From an uncultured Muribaculaceae bacterium (lineage in GTDB: Bacteria; Bacteroidota; Bacteroidia; Bacteroidales; UBA932), in NCBI GenBank assembly GCA_964469965.1, contig CAYYAM010000003.1:43462-107461 (forward strand): a DNA stretch of 64,000 nt. The letters run 5' to 3'. Positions within the stretch are counted from its first letter, which is position 1, and each line of letters starts with the position of its first letter. Under the pieces are notes generated by a model that was given only the letters and a program-made list of their open reading frames with translations, made no database searches and was not told where the DNA came from. Shown piece after piece: positions 30,972 to 41,287 of this stretch. Position numbers and translations under genes: made by a program.

Positions 30972-31010
30972 AATTACAATTTTATATTTAAGTATTTACA
31001 GGTATGTGAT

Positions 31011-31955
31011 TCAACCCGCAAAGTTAAAAAATTTTTTCTTTAAAGCCATTTCCAGTCTAAACTCCCATACCAGAATAAATGAGAAGGCCCACCTTGCCAG
31101 GAGCAACCACCAGATTACTGCTCCAACAGAACCTAGCAGAAGCACATCTTCAAGATTGCTATGCGATATTCCAATATGGTGATTAAGAAGGTCTACATCA
31201 TCTTTTGTAATCTTTCCGCTCTCTGTTTCATCTATCATAACGGCCGCACCATATGCAAGCCCCAGAGTATTAGCAACAATCCAAAGAAAAGATGTCTTTG
31301 CGGGCAGTCCGAATATGGCTAGAATGGGTCTCATAAATTTAGAGAGCCACCTAATAACTCCAAACTCCGATAATAATCTCTGAAGAATTGAAAGAGAGAA
31401 GATAAGGACGCTCATTAAAGCTATGAGCTTTAGTGTTTTAATAGCCCAAATACCTATCATTTCCCAAAACTGAGGGTTACTCTCAATTGCTTGAATCTGT
31501 ACCGGGGTCTCAACCTGAGGCATTATCATATTTAAAATAAAACCCAATGCGAATGAGCTTAGAGTTCGGGTTATTACCATTCTAACGGCAGAAGAGCCGG
31601 TTTTCTTTTGAACGGCAGTCTCTGTAATCATGTTGTGAGCACAGAGTATCATAACAGAAAGGATGGTAATGGTTCTTACATCCAGATTGAGTGTGGCAAT
31701 TACGGCTATAGCAGAGTAGACATTCACAAAGTAGCCGGTAACATATGCTAGTGCCGATTCACCCGGCAGTCCCATCATATTAAAAACAGGATTTAAGAAC
31801 ATTGAGAGATAGGGTAGAATATCAAAATATTCAAGAAGCTGAACGCCAAGAGTTATTAATACCGTAATACGAATAAGCCAAAGACATGTTTTAAGTGTCT
31901 TTGGCATAATCTCTTTAATAGAATTTATAGATCTTTTAATTGCAGATTGTTCCAT
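31011..31955 (-). CDS. Nucleoside-recognition (Gate) domain membrane protein
   Basis: Two repeated 'LxPxxxxxGLP' Gate-like halves; multiple TM segments. Confidence 0.7.
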   Translation of the reverse strand: MEQSAIKRSINSIKEIMPKTLKTCLWLIRITVLITLGVQLLEYFDILPYLSMFLNPVFNMMGLPGESALAYVTGYFVNVYSAIAVIATLNLDVRTITILSVMILCAHNMITETAVQKKTGSSAVRMVITRTLSSFALGFILNMIMPQVETPVQIQAIESNPQFWEMIGIWAIKTLKLIALMSVLIFSLSILQRLLSEFGVIRWLSKFMRPILAIFGLPAKTSFLWIVANTLGLAYGAAVMIDETESGKITKDDVDLLNHHIGISHSNLEDVLLLGSVGAVIWWLLLARWAFSFILVWEFRLEMALKKKFFNFAG

Positions 31956-31995
31956 ATATCAAAATAATCTGCAAAGATAGATTTAATTTTGAGTC

Positions 31996-32574
31996 TTAGT
32001 AATTATTTTTCTTTGGCTCAAAATATTCTTTGGCGTGAAGACAAGCAGGGCAGTTTTCGAGTGCCTTCTTGCCTTTATGAACATAACCGCAATTACGGCA
32101 TTGCCACTCGGTCTCCTCCTCCCTTTCAAATACCTTTTCGGCTTCTACTCTTGCAAGAAGAGTTCTATACCTTGCTTCGTGTTCGGCCTCTACCTTGGCT
32201 ATCATTTTAAAGGCGGTTGCCACTTTGGGAAAACCCTCCTCCATAGCAATCTCGGCAAATTCTGGGTAGAGTTCTGTCCACTCTTCATTCTCGCCGGCTG
32301 CTGCCGCTGCAAGGTTTTGAGCCGTATTGCCTATTATTCCGGCAGGATATGAAGCTGTTATCTCAACCATTCCCCCTTCAAGGAAGCTGAAGAAACGCTT
32401 AGCATGCTCTTTCTCTTGTTCGGCTGTCTCTTCAAAAACGGCTGCTATTTGCTGATAACCCTCCTTTCTTGCCACAGAAGCAAAATACACGTATCGGCTT
32501 CTTGCCTGAGACTCTCCTGCAAACGCTTTTAGTAGATTCTGCTCTGTTCTTGTCCCTTTGATACTTTTTTCCAT
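31996..32574 (-). CDS. rbr: Rubrerythrin
   Basis: AFAGESQA, EKEH and EAEH diiron ligands; C-terminal CRNCG...CPAC rubredoxin site. Confidence 0.95.
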   Translation of the reverse strand: MEKSIKGTRTEQNLLKAFAGESQARSRYVYFASVARKEGYQQIAAVFEETAEQEKEHAKRFFSFLEGGMVEITASYPAGIIGNTAQNLAAAAAGENEEWTELYPEFAEIAMEEGFPKVATAFKMIAKVEAEHEARYRTLLARVEAEKVFEREEETEWQCRNCGYVHKGKKALENCPACLHAKEYFEPKKNNY

Positions 32575-32670
32575 TTTATTTTATTTAAGAGGTTAGTTCT
32601 TCACAAATTTAATCATAAAATCTCTATTATCAATGTTCTTGTTATATTTGTAAAGAACAATATTTGGTTT

Positions 32671-34467
32671 ATGAGCAGAGTAAAAGATAGAGTGCAAATG
32701 TTCAGAGAACATATGAAAAGGTTAAATCTGGACGCATATATAATACCTTCCGGCGACCCTCATTTTGGAGAGTATGTTCAGAGGCATTATCTCACGCGAG
32801 AGTGGATATCCGGCTTTACAGGATCTGCGGGAACAGTTGTAATAACACCAACAGATGCTGCATTATGGACTGATTCCAGATACTTTACACAGGCGGCAGA
32901 GGAGCTTGAGGGATCTGATATCTCTTTAATGAGAATTAAAGTGGAAGGAACCCCCTCTATTCAAGACTGGCTCAAAGAGCAACTTATGGAGAGAGGTACT
33001 GTTGGGGCCGACTTCTCGTTGATATCCAGAGAGGAGGCGATTCAGATGGAACAGAACCTAAAACCATTAAGATTAAATTTAACCCATGACCTATTTAATG
33101 AAGTTTGGAGAGATAGGCCACATCTAAAAAGTGAAAGAATAGAGCACTTACCGCTTGAAATTACAGGAGAGAGCTCTCAGGAGAAGCTTCAAAAAATCAA
33201 TAATTTACTTAAAATAGACAAGCCGTATCTTTATATATTAAGTACATGTGACGATCTTTCATGGCTTTGTAATATAAGAGGTTGCGATATAGATTACAAT
33301 CCCTTACCAAATGCATATGCAGCTTTTACAAAAGATACAATTTATTTGTTTGTTGGAGATGGGGCCATAACAGACGGTATAGATAACAGATTGAGAAAAG
33401 AGGGTATAGTTTTTCACCACTACAATAGTTTTGAATCTTTTATAGCGACATACCCAAAAGAGTTTACCAGAGTAGCTCCTGAGTCAAAAATATCCACAAA
33501 GCTGTATAAAGCAGCAACCTCCTCGGGCGCAGAGTTCACACCAGATGTAATTAGAGGAGGTGCTATTGGGTTTCTTAAATCTTTAAAAAACAGTACAGAG
33601 ATAGATGGGTTTAAAAAGGCAATGCTGTGCGATGCCGCGGCGTGGATAAAGTGCTGGAAGTATATAGAGGATAATCTTTTTGGGAATGGAGAGGTTCTAA
33701 CAGAAAGATCCATAGCAAATAAAATGATTGAGTTTAGAAGTGAGTGTGCAGAGTATAGAGGTGAGAGCTTTTCTCCAATCGTAGCTTTTGGTAAGAGTGC
33801 AGCCCTTCCTCACTACTCTCCATTTAAGGGAGAAGATGTGGTGATTCATAAAGAGGGATTTCTTCTTATAGATACGGGTGCACAATATAGTTTTGGAACC
33901 ACAGATACAACCAGAACCATAGCGCTTGGCAAACTCTCATTAGAGCAGAAGAGAGATTATACACTGGTGCTAAAGGGGATGATAACATTAAGTATGGCCA
34001 AATTTCCAAAAGGGACTCGCGGAGCTTCGCTTGATTTCTTGGCTAGAGGCCCAATTTGTTCATCTGCAAAAATATATATGCATGGCACCGGTCATGGTAT
34101 TGGTCATAGATTATGTGTTCATGAGGGGCCTCAGAGTATCAGAATAGAGGATAACCCGGTGGCCATCTCTCCGGGGATGGTTATCTCCAATGAACCTGCT
34201 GTATATGAAGAGGGGAGGTACGGAATAAGGATAGAGAACACAATATTATGCAAGGATTGGATGTTAAGCAGACATGGTGAGTTTTATCAGTTTGAGACAC
34301 TAAATTTTATCCCGATAGATAAAAAAGCCATCGACAAAAAGATCCTTGGTCAGGATTGTGTCGAATGGCTAAACCTGTATCACTCTTCGGTGTATGAAAA
34401 ACTCTCTCCCTATTTAGATTCAGACCACAAAAAGTGGCTACTGGAGAAGACCTCGAACCTCAACTGA
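32671..34467 (+). CDS. Xaa-Pro aminopeptidase (aminopeptidase P, M24B)
   Basis: SGFTGSAG, DTGAQY..GTTDTTRT, HGTGHG, HEGP, NEP and GIRIEN. Confidence 0.9.
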   Translation: MSRVKDRVQMFREHMKRLNLDAYIIPSGDPHFGEYVQRHYLTREWISGFTGSAGTVVITPTDAALWTDSRYFTQAAEELEGSDISLMRIKVEGTPSIQDWLKEQLMERGTVGADFSLISREEAIQMEQNLKPLRLNLTHDLFNEVWRDRPHLKSERIEHLPLEITGESSQEKLQKINNLLKIDKPYLYILSTCDDLSWLCNIRGCDIDYNPLPNAYAAFTKDTIYLFVGDGAITDGIDNRLRKEGIVFHHYNSFESFIATYPKEFTRVAPESKISTKLYKAATSSGAEFTPDVIRGGAIGFLKSLKNSTEIDGFKKAMLCDAAAWIKCWKYIEDNLFGNGEVLTERSIANKMIEFRSECAEYRGESFSPIVAFGKSAALPHYSPFKGEDVVIHKEGFLLIDTGAQYSFGTTDTTRTIALGKLSLEQKRDYTLVLKGMITLSMAKFPKGTRGASLDFLARGPICSSAKIYMHGTGHGIGHRLCVHEGPQSIRIEDNPVAISPGMVISNEPAVYEEGRYGIRIENTILCKDWMLSRHGEFYQFETLNFIPIDKKAIDKKILGQDCVEWLNLYHSSVYEKLSPYLDSDHKKWLLEKTSNLN

Positions 34468-36075
34468 AAAGTCGGGCTTGTACAAAACTCTCCTTACGGC
34501 ACTATTAACAGAACCCTTCTCTCCATCTCTTTGGATAAAGTTAAAACCACTTTGCAAAAGCTCACGCTTTTCGTTAAGTAGAGCGTTGTTAAAGTCGTCA
34601 GTTCCATATTTTAAAAGATTACCAATAAAATATGTTGCCACATCGTATGCTTGAAATGCATATGGACCCGGCTCGCTGTTATAAAGAGTTCGAAACTTTG
34701 AAAGAAAACTTTTTACGTCATTCGAATTGTAGTCGGTAATGTACTGCATAGATAGATTAAGTCTCATACTATGATAGTAGTTTATGTCTACACTCTCAAA
34801 ACTCCTCCATCTTGGCGTTCCGTAAATTGTAATTGTGTACCCGCTTCTAGTTTGCAGAAGGTTAAGGTTTCTCAAAACATCAGAAACAAATGCCTCAGAT
34901 TCCGATGCCACAACTACATTGTTCAGCTTATCTTTCCTAAGAATCTCAGCAATCTGCGGCATAATATTTCTGCCTTGCAAAATCCTGTATGATAACTCTT
35001 TAAACTTTACACCCCGGTTATTCAACCTCTCTCTGGTTAAATTTACAATTCTCATATCAGAGGAGTTACCCTCTTCAAATATTAACGTCACCTCGGTAAA
35101 CCTACTTAAATCTTTTGTTAAGTCACTATGAACATATTGAGATGGTGTACTTACTTGGTAAAAATATGGATTTTCCGATACCAGATACTCTGTGGAGGGG
35201 TCTACCGGAGAAACTAAAGGGATCCTATTTTCTGTTGAGTAACTAACAAGTTGCTCTATCTGCTCTCTAAAAATGGGACCAATAATCAAATTTGAACCAT
35301 CCAACTCTCCCGAATCCAGAATACCCGAGATACTCTGTCTATCTGTATCTATTACTTTTATACTAAGATCTATACCCGGAAGATCTCTCTTTAAATCATC
35401 TAAAGCAACAAGAAATCCTTGATAAAATTCAATAAAATTAATTGCAGTTTCACCTTTTAAATCAGACTCGCCGCCAATAGGAAGAAGAAGAGATACCATT
35501 ATGCTCTCATTCATCTTTCTGGAGAAGACAGATCTTGGTTTTTGTTTATCTTCACTCTCCCTATCTTGATTGAAATTTTCTTTTATAACTACTGTATCAC
35601 GCCTAAGATCAGTAGTAGCTATCTGCTTTGCAGGTTCGGGAATTTTAAGAATCTGCCTTGTCTCTATTCGGGTGGATTTAAGTGAATTCAGCTCAACAAT
35701 TGCAGACTCTTCTACCCCATATTTTTTTGCAATGGAGGAGAGAGACTCATACCATCTAACTGTGTGTTCTGTATATCGAATCTCTTTTTGTTCAGAACTC
35801 TCATTGCTCCCTTTTCTTATATAGATAATGCCACCCTCCTTTAACCCTTCGGAGAGTTGAGGATTGTCTTTGAGCAAAGTCTCTGTAGAGACACCATATA
35901 CTTTAGAAATTGAGAAAAGAGTCTGTCTCTGCTCTACCTTGTGAATATAGAACAGCACTCCATCTATGTTCACAACCTCTTTAGATATCTCAACTCTGGC
36001 AGGTGTGTACTGTGCCAGACAACCCTTTGCTCCAAGTAATAGAGCCGCAATAAGAATTATCTTAAAGTATCTCAT
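34438..36075 (-). CDS. LysM-domain protein with C-terminal periplasmic-binding-protein-like domain
   Basis: Two LysM repeats ([32 protein letters not shown]); LLLP..EFYQG..IIGP. Confidence 0.8.
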   Translation of the reverse strand: MRYFKIILIAALLLGAKGCLAQYTPARVEISKEVVNIDGVLFYIHKVEQRQTLFSISKVYGVSTETLLKDNPQLSEGLKEGGIIYIRKGSNESSEQKEIRYTEHTVRWYESLSSIAKKYGVEESAIVELNSLKSTRIETRQILKIPEPAKQIATTDLRRDTVVIKENFNQDRESEDKQKPRSVFSRKMNESIMVSLLLPIGGESDLKGETAINFIEFYQGFLVALDDLKRDLPGIDLSIKVIDTDRQSISGILDSGELDGSNLIIGPIFREQIEQLVSYSTENRIPLVSPVDPSTEYLVSENPYFYQVSTPSQYVHSDLTKDLSRFTEVTLIFEEGNSSDMRIVNLTRERLNNRGVKFKELSYRILQGRNIMPQIAEILRKDKLNNVVVASESEAFVSDVLRNLNLLQTRSGYTITIYGTPRWRSFESVDINYYHSMRLNLSMQYITDYNSNDVKSFLSKFRTLYNSEPGPYAFQAYDVATYFIGNLLKYGTDDFNNALLNEKRELLQSGFNFIQRDGEKGSVNSAVRRVLYKPDFSVEVRGLLQ

Positions 36076-37022
36076 AAACGCGCGAGCATATTTCTTACAT
36101 TGGCATCAATCCTCTCGTAAATATCTTCACTATAAGGGGCTTTTGTAAATGAGTCTCCTGTGATTTTTTCAAAAAGCTCAATGTATCTGTCAGATATCGA
36201 TGTCACTATCTCAGGAGTCATTTCAGGGATTTTCTGCCCATCTTTGCCTTGAAAGTTATTATCCATAAGCCACTCTCTTACAAACTCCTTTGATAGTTGC
36301 CTCTGCTGCATCCCTTTATCAAACAGCTCTTGATAGGTATCTGAATAGAAGTATCTCGAAGAGTCGGGAGTGTGGATTTCATCTATAAGATATATCTCAT
36401 CTCCTCTTTTACCAAACTCGTATTTTGTATCTACCAAAATAAGACCTCTCTCTGCAGCAGCTTTTGATCCTCTCTCAAAAAGTGCAAGTGAGAACTCTTC
36501 AAGTCTAATGTAATCACTTTCACTAACAAGCCCTCTGGATATAATCTCCTCTCTGGAGATATCTTCGTCATGAGCTCCTTGTTCGGCCTTTGTTGTAGGG
36601 GTTAGAAGAGGTTTCTCAAATTTTTGATGCTCCTTCATACCATCAGGTACCTCAACGCCGCAGATAGATCTTGCTCCGCTTTTATATGTTCTCCAAGAGC
36701 TTCCGGTTAGGTATCCTCTCACAATCATCTCTACAGGGAGAGGTTTACATTTATACCCTACAGTAACAACAGGATCGGGAGATGCTATTTTCCAGTTAGG
36801 TACAATGTCCGATGTGTCGTCTAGAAATCGGGAGGCGATCTGGTTTAGAACCTGACCTTTAAAAGGGATCCCTTTTGGAAGAACAACATCAAATGCAGAG
36901 ATTCTATCTGTGGCAATCATAACTAAGTAATCATCACCAATTGAGTAAACATCTCTTACTTTACCTGTGTATTTACCGGTCTGTCCCGGAAAATCAAATT
37001 CTGTTCTGGTTATTGCCTGCAT
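36072..37022 (-). CDS. purC: SAICAR synthetase
   Basis: [24 protein letters not shown] and [11 protein letters not shown]. Confidence 0.95.
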   Translation of the reverse strand: MQAITRTEFDFPGQTGKYTGKVRDVYSIGDDYLVMIATDRISAFDVVLPKGIPFKGQVLNQIASRFLDDTSDIVPNWKIASPDPVVTVGYKCKPLPVEMIVRGYLTGSSWRTYKSGARSICGVEVPDGMKEHQKFEKPLLTPTTKAEQGAHDEDISREEIISRGLVSESDYIRLEEFSLALFERGSKAAAERGLILVDTKYEFGKRGDEIYLIDEIHTPDSSRYFYSDTYQELFDKGMQQRQLSKEFVREWLMDNNFQGKDGQKIPEMTPEIVTSISDRYIELFEKITGDSFTKAPYSEDIYERIDANVRNMLARL

Positions 37023-37037
37023 AGTGTGTTATATGGG

Positions 37038-38156
37038 TTATAGTGATTTAGTAAAATTAATTAGTTCCTTGGAGAAATTAGTCCAGGAGTGACGCTCTTT
37101 CTCTACCTGTATATTTTTGGTGTATAACTCTTTATGGTTGCTTTCAAAGTATTCTTTAATTCCTTGAACAATATACTCAGCAGCCGGATATTGCACAACA
37201 ATTCCTGTGCCCGGTTTTTCTATTGCCTCTTTCAATCCACCAACATCGGTTGTTATCATAGGAACTTCAAAATGGTAGCAAATTGCACTTATCCCGCTTT
37301 GGGTTGCTGTTTTGTAAGGCAATACAACAACATCTGCTGAGGAAAAAAACAGAGAGACCTCACTGTCGGGGATGTAATCTGTAAAGAGTTTTATATTGGC
37401 TCTATTTGGGGAGTTTTCAATCAGTTTGTTGTATTTTTCAAACGACTCATAGGGTTCGCCGGCAATAATAAGATTATATGAGCTGTCCAGATTAGAGAAT
37501 GCCTCTATTAAAATATCCAACCCCTTATACTCTCTTATTAGACCAAAGAAGAGAATGTTTTTTGAAGCAGGGTCTATCCCAAGCTTTTGACAAGCACTAT
37601 CTCGGCAAATTTTCTCACCAAAATGGTTGTAAATAGGATGAGGTATTACTTTTACCGGCACATTGGGATTAATTGTAAAAAGATCTTCTTTAACAGATTC
37701 CGAGAGAACGATAAAGCCATCATTTGAATTTAGAAAATAGCGGGCAAAGCTATAATCAAAAAACCTCCTTTCATGAGGAAAAATATTATCAACGATTGAA
37801 ACCTTTTTTGTGTTTGTACACATGTGACGTGCAACATACCCAAGTGATGGCGCAAAAAATGAGTTCCAATAACGTGTTATCAAAATATCGGGATTCCACT
37901 CATTGATTGTGGCGGCACTCTTATGGTACGAGAGGGGATTGATTGAGTCTAGAACTCTTATACCTGGGATGGCTTTTGCAGAGTCTTTATCGCTTACATA
38001 TTGTGTTTTACCGGGGAAAAGCAAACTCGGGTACTGTCGAGTGAAGTTGTATGCCCTCACATCATGCGACTTGCCCAGTTCACTGTAGATATTAGCATTG
38101 AACTGGGCAATTCCACCACGATATGGGTAAAAACATGATAGAATGGCAATTTTCAC
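37038..38156 (-). CDS. GT4-family glycosyltransferase (GTG start)
   Basis: PYRGGIA, FGLIREYKGLD, LPYKTATQSG and DVGGL. Confidence 0.85.
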   Translation of the reverse strand: MKIAILSCFYPYRGGIAQFNANIYSELGKSHDVRAYNFTRQYPSLLFPGKTQYVSDKDSAKAIPGIRVLDSINPLSYHKSAATINEWNPDILITRYWNSFFAPSLGYVARHMCTNTKKVSIVDNIFPHERRFFDYSFARYFLNSNDGFIVLSESVKEDLFTINPNVPVKVIPHPIYNHFGEKICRDSACQKLGIDPASKNILFFGLIREYKGLDILIEAFSNLDSSYNLIIAGEPYESFEKYNKLIENSPNRANIKLFTDYIPDSEVSLFFSSADVVVLPYKTATQSGISAICYHFEVPMITTDVGGLKEAIEKPGTGIVVQYPAAEYIVQGIKEYFESNHKELYTKNIQVEKERHSWTNFSKELINFTKSL

Positions 38157-38177
38157 CCGTTATAGTTTTGTATTAGA

Positions 38178-38789
38178 CTATTTTTTTGACTTGGTTTTTA
38201 TATACTCATCATTCATTGCACTAACAACCATGTTGGTAATATTGAGTGAAGAGTCTCCTTTTAGAATTGAGTTAGATGCCCCAGAGGTGCTTAGAATCAT
38301 TGCATACCTCTTCTCCTGATTCAGTTTCTCTAAGTATGTATTCAAAGCATCAAATACTCTTCTGTATAGAACTGCCTCCTCTTCAGACATCTCCATCTGT
38401 TTTTGCTGAGTAAAATTTTGCAACTCTTGTTCTCTCATTGCGAGTTGTTGTTGTTGGGCCTCGGCCTGAGACCTTGTAATGAGACCTTTTTGAACCTTAA
38501 GCTGAAAATCTTTGAAATCATTTTCGAAAGTGCGCACCCTCTTGTTCAGATCATTCTGAATTGTCTGTGCTTTGCTCTCGAACTCCGATTTTAAATCGTT
38601 GAACATATCGTATTTGCTAACAAGAGAGTCTATCTGAATATACACAATACCACCTGTGGCGGTAACCTCCCCGGCAGTTGTCTCGTCTGTGTTTTTAACA
38701 GAGGAGCCATTCGATGTGAAATGCAGGATAAACAGTACAATAACAGCTACTGATAGAACGATGTTTGTGATAAATGATGCGTTTTTCAT
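38178..38789 (-). CDS. OmpH/Skp-family protein with N-terminal membrane anchor
   Basis: IVYIQIDSL, long coiled coil, and NITNMVV..N C-terminus. Confidence 0.78.
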   Translation of the reverse strand: MKNASFITNIVLSVAVIVLFILHFTSNGSSVKNTDETTAGEVTATGGIVYIQIDSLVSKYDMFNDLKSEFESKAQTIQNDLNKRVRTFENDFKDFQLKVQKGLITRSQAEAQQQQLAMREQELQNFTQQKQMEMSEEEAVLYRRVFDALNTYLEKLNQEKRYAMILSTSGASNSILKGDSSLNITNMVVSAMNDEYIKTKSKK

Positions 38790-38819
38790 CTGGTTTTTCA
38801 ATTTAAACTACAAATATAA

Positions 38820-39542
38820 TTAATAATTCTTTAACTGCCTAAGATATGATTGTATTGTATTTTCGAGACCAAGATAGATGGCGTCGCAAATTAGAGCATG
38901 ACCAATTGACACCTCTAATAGAAAAGGGATATTTTTTTTGAAATATGATAGATTATCAAGGTTTAAATCGTGGCCGGCATTGATTCCAAGACCCATTTCA
39001 ACTGCTGTTTCTGCTGCGCTCACATAAGGTTCGATGGCTCTTTCTCTCTCTCCTCCGGCGTAGATTAATGCATAGGACTCAGTGTAGAGCTCTATCCTGT
39101 TGCAACCCGTATCGGCTGCATGTTTTATCATCTCCAAGTTGGGATCCACAAAAATTGAGGTTCTGATTCCCTCTCTCGAGAAGATTCTGCATATCTCCTT
39201 TAGAAAATCTTTATTGGTTTTAGTATTCCATCCGCTGTTAGATGTTATAACATCGTGAGCATCGGGAACAAGGGTCACCTGTGCAGGTCGGTTCTCCAGA
39301 ACCAGCTCTATGAATGAGTCTGTGGGGTTGCCCTCTATGTTGAATTCGGTTGTTAGAATCGGCTTAAGCTCCCTAACATCACTGTATTTTATATGTCTTT
39401 CATCTGGTCTGGGATGAACAGTAATGCCCTCTGCACCAAATCTTTCACAATCCAAAGCTGCCTTGATTACATCCGGCAGATTGCCACCCCTTGCATTACG
39501 AAGTGTGGCAAATTTGTTTATATTTACGCTCAGTTTTGTCAT
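38820..39542 (-). CDS. pdxJ: Pyridoxine 5'-phosphate synthase (start re-called to MTKLSV)
   Basis: [32 protein letters not shown] and SIGHA. Confidence 0.95.
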   Translation of the reverse strand: MTKLSVNINKFATLRNARGGNLPDVIKAALDCERFGAEGITVHPRPDERHIKYSDVRELKPILTTEFNIEGNPTDSFIELVLENRPAQVTLVPDAHDVITSNSGWNTKTNKDFLKEICRIFSREGIRTSIFVDPNLEMIKHAADTGCNRIELYTESYALIYAGGERERAIEPYVSAAETAVEMGLGINAGHDLNLDNLSYFKKNIPFLLEVSIGHALICDAIYLGLENTIQSYLRQLKNY

Positions 39543-39593
39543 AATGGATGCAAATTTATTTATTTTTGACAATTATTACACTTTACCCTTGGA

Positions 39594-40475
39594 ATGAAGA
39601 TAGCAATTTACGCAAGAGAAGTAAGCGACAAATGGAGAAAGAGACTTTCCGGCATACTTAATGCTTTACACAATAGAGAGGTAGAGCTAACATACTATAG
39701 GCCATTCTATCTTCAAATGTGCAATTACGACTATATGAAGATTCCGGAGGGAGCACTTTTTTCAGGTGAGGCCGACCTGCCCGACGATACCGCAATTCTA
39801 CTCTGTTTTGGAGGAGACGGAACATTTCTGGAGTCTTTAACAATAGTAAAAGATAGGAATATTCCCGTAGCCGGAGTAAACTTTGGAAGGCTTGGTTTTC
39901 TCACTAGCGTAGATTCGGTTTTGGGTGATGAGTGGATTGACAGACTATTATCGGGAGACTATCGGGTAGAAGAGAGGGGGGTCTTGTCTGTCTCTGCAGA
40001 GTCGATGCCAAAAGGTTTTTGTATGTATGCTTTGAATGAAGTTACATTTCAACGTAGAGATCCATCTATGCTGTCTGTTCATGTGAAGATAAACGGGATG
40101 ACTCTGCCTCCGTACTGGTCAGACGGATTGGTTCTGGCAAGCCCTACAGGATCTACTGCATACTCTCTTAGTGTGGGAGGTCCAATAGCTCTTCCCGGGG
40201 TAAAAGCTCTTATTCTGGCCCCTATAGCGCCTCATAATCTTAATGTTAGGCCGTTAGTTGTATCAGATGACTCTATTATAGAGATTTATGTCGATTCAAG
40301 GTGGGGAGAGGCAATAATAAGTCTTGACAACAGGTCTTTTACTATTCCTGTCGGAGAGGTTGTAAAGATTTATAAAGCAAAGTTTAACCTCAAATACATA
40401 ACTTTTACATCTGAAAGCTTTATAGCGGCATTGAGAGAAAAACTTATGTGGGGAGAGGACAAGAGAAATAAATAA
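39594..40475 (+). CDS. nadK: NAD kinase
   Basis: GGDGT, GRLGFL, ALNE and PTGSTAYSLSVGG. Confidence 0.93.
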   Translation: MKIAIYAREVSDKWRKRLSGILNALHNREVELTYYRPFYLQMCNYDYMKIPEGALFSGEADLPDDTAILLCFGGDGTFLESLTIVKDRNIPVAGVNFGRLGFLTSVDSVLGDEWIDRLLSGDYRVEERGVLSVSAESMPKGFCMYALNEVTFQRRDPSMLSVHVKINGMTLPPYWSDGLVLASPTGSTAYSLSVGGPIALPGVKALILAPIAPHNLNVRPLVVSDDSIIEIYVDSRWGEAIISLDNRSFTIPVGEVVKIYKAKFNLKYITFTSESFIAALREKLMWGEDKRNK

Positions 40476-40500
40476 TATCATTAAAATAACAGGAACCAAA

Positions 40501-41229
40501 ATGGATAATATTCCAAAACATGTTTCCATTATAATGGATGGAAATGGAAGGTGGGCAAGGAGAAGAGGACTTGGAAGACTGGAGGGGCATAAGGCCGGTG
40601 TAGAGTCTGTGAAGGCAGCAGTGGAGTTTGCTGCAGAAAACGGGATCAAGTTTTTAAGTCTTTTTGCCTTTTCGGAGGAGAACTGGAGCCGCCCTCAAAG
40701 CGAAGTGTCTGGATTGATGGAGTTGATGATAGATGCAGTTATAAACGAAACAAAAACATTGAAAGAGAATAATATATCTTTCAGAGTAATAGGAGACAGA
40801 TCTAAGTTATCAGAAAAACTAAATCACAAGATTGAGGAGCTGGAGCACTCTACCAGTAAAAATACTACTCTTACACTAATTGTATTTTTAAGTTACAGTG
40901 GAAAGTGGGATATTATGTATGCTGTAAACTCTTGCATAGAAGAGATAAAAGCCGGGAAGAGATCTGTTGACGACACTATAACACCTCAAATGTTTGAGCA
41001 GTGGCTTAGTACTAAGGGGATACCCGATCCCGATCTCTTAATTAGAACCAGCGGAGAGCAAAGAATAAGCAACTATATGTTGTGGCAGTGTGCATATACC
41101 GAATTTTATTTCACAGATGTACTTTGGCCTGATTTTCGCAAAAATGACTTTAAGGCTGCCCTTGATACATACACCGAAAGGGAGCGCAGATATGGCAAAA
41201 CAGGTGATCAGATTAACAAAATCAATTAA
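40501..41229 (+). CDS. uppS: Undecaprenyl diphosphate synthase (isoprenyl transferase)
   Basis: IMDGNGRWA, FSEENW, RTSGEQRISNY and RRYG. Confidence 0.95.
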   Translation: MDNIPKHVSIIMDGNGRWARRRGLGRLEGHKAGVESVKAAVEFAAENGIKFLSLFAFSEENWSRPQSEVSGLMELMIDAVINETKTLKENNISFRVIGDRSKLSEKLNHKIEELEHSTSKNTTLTLIVFLSYSGKWDIMYAVNSCIEEIKAGKRSVDDTITPQMFEQWLSTKGIPDPDLLIRTSGEQRISNYMLWQCAYTEFYFTDVLWPDFRKNDFKAALDTYTERERRYGKTGDQINKIN

Positions 41230-41287
41230 ACAGACATTGGATACAAATAAAAACCTATCTTTGCAGTTTTACAGTCGAAGAGTGCAG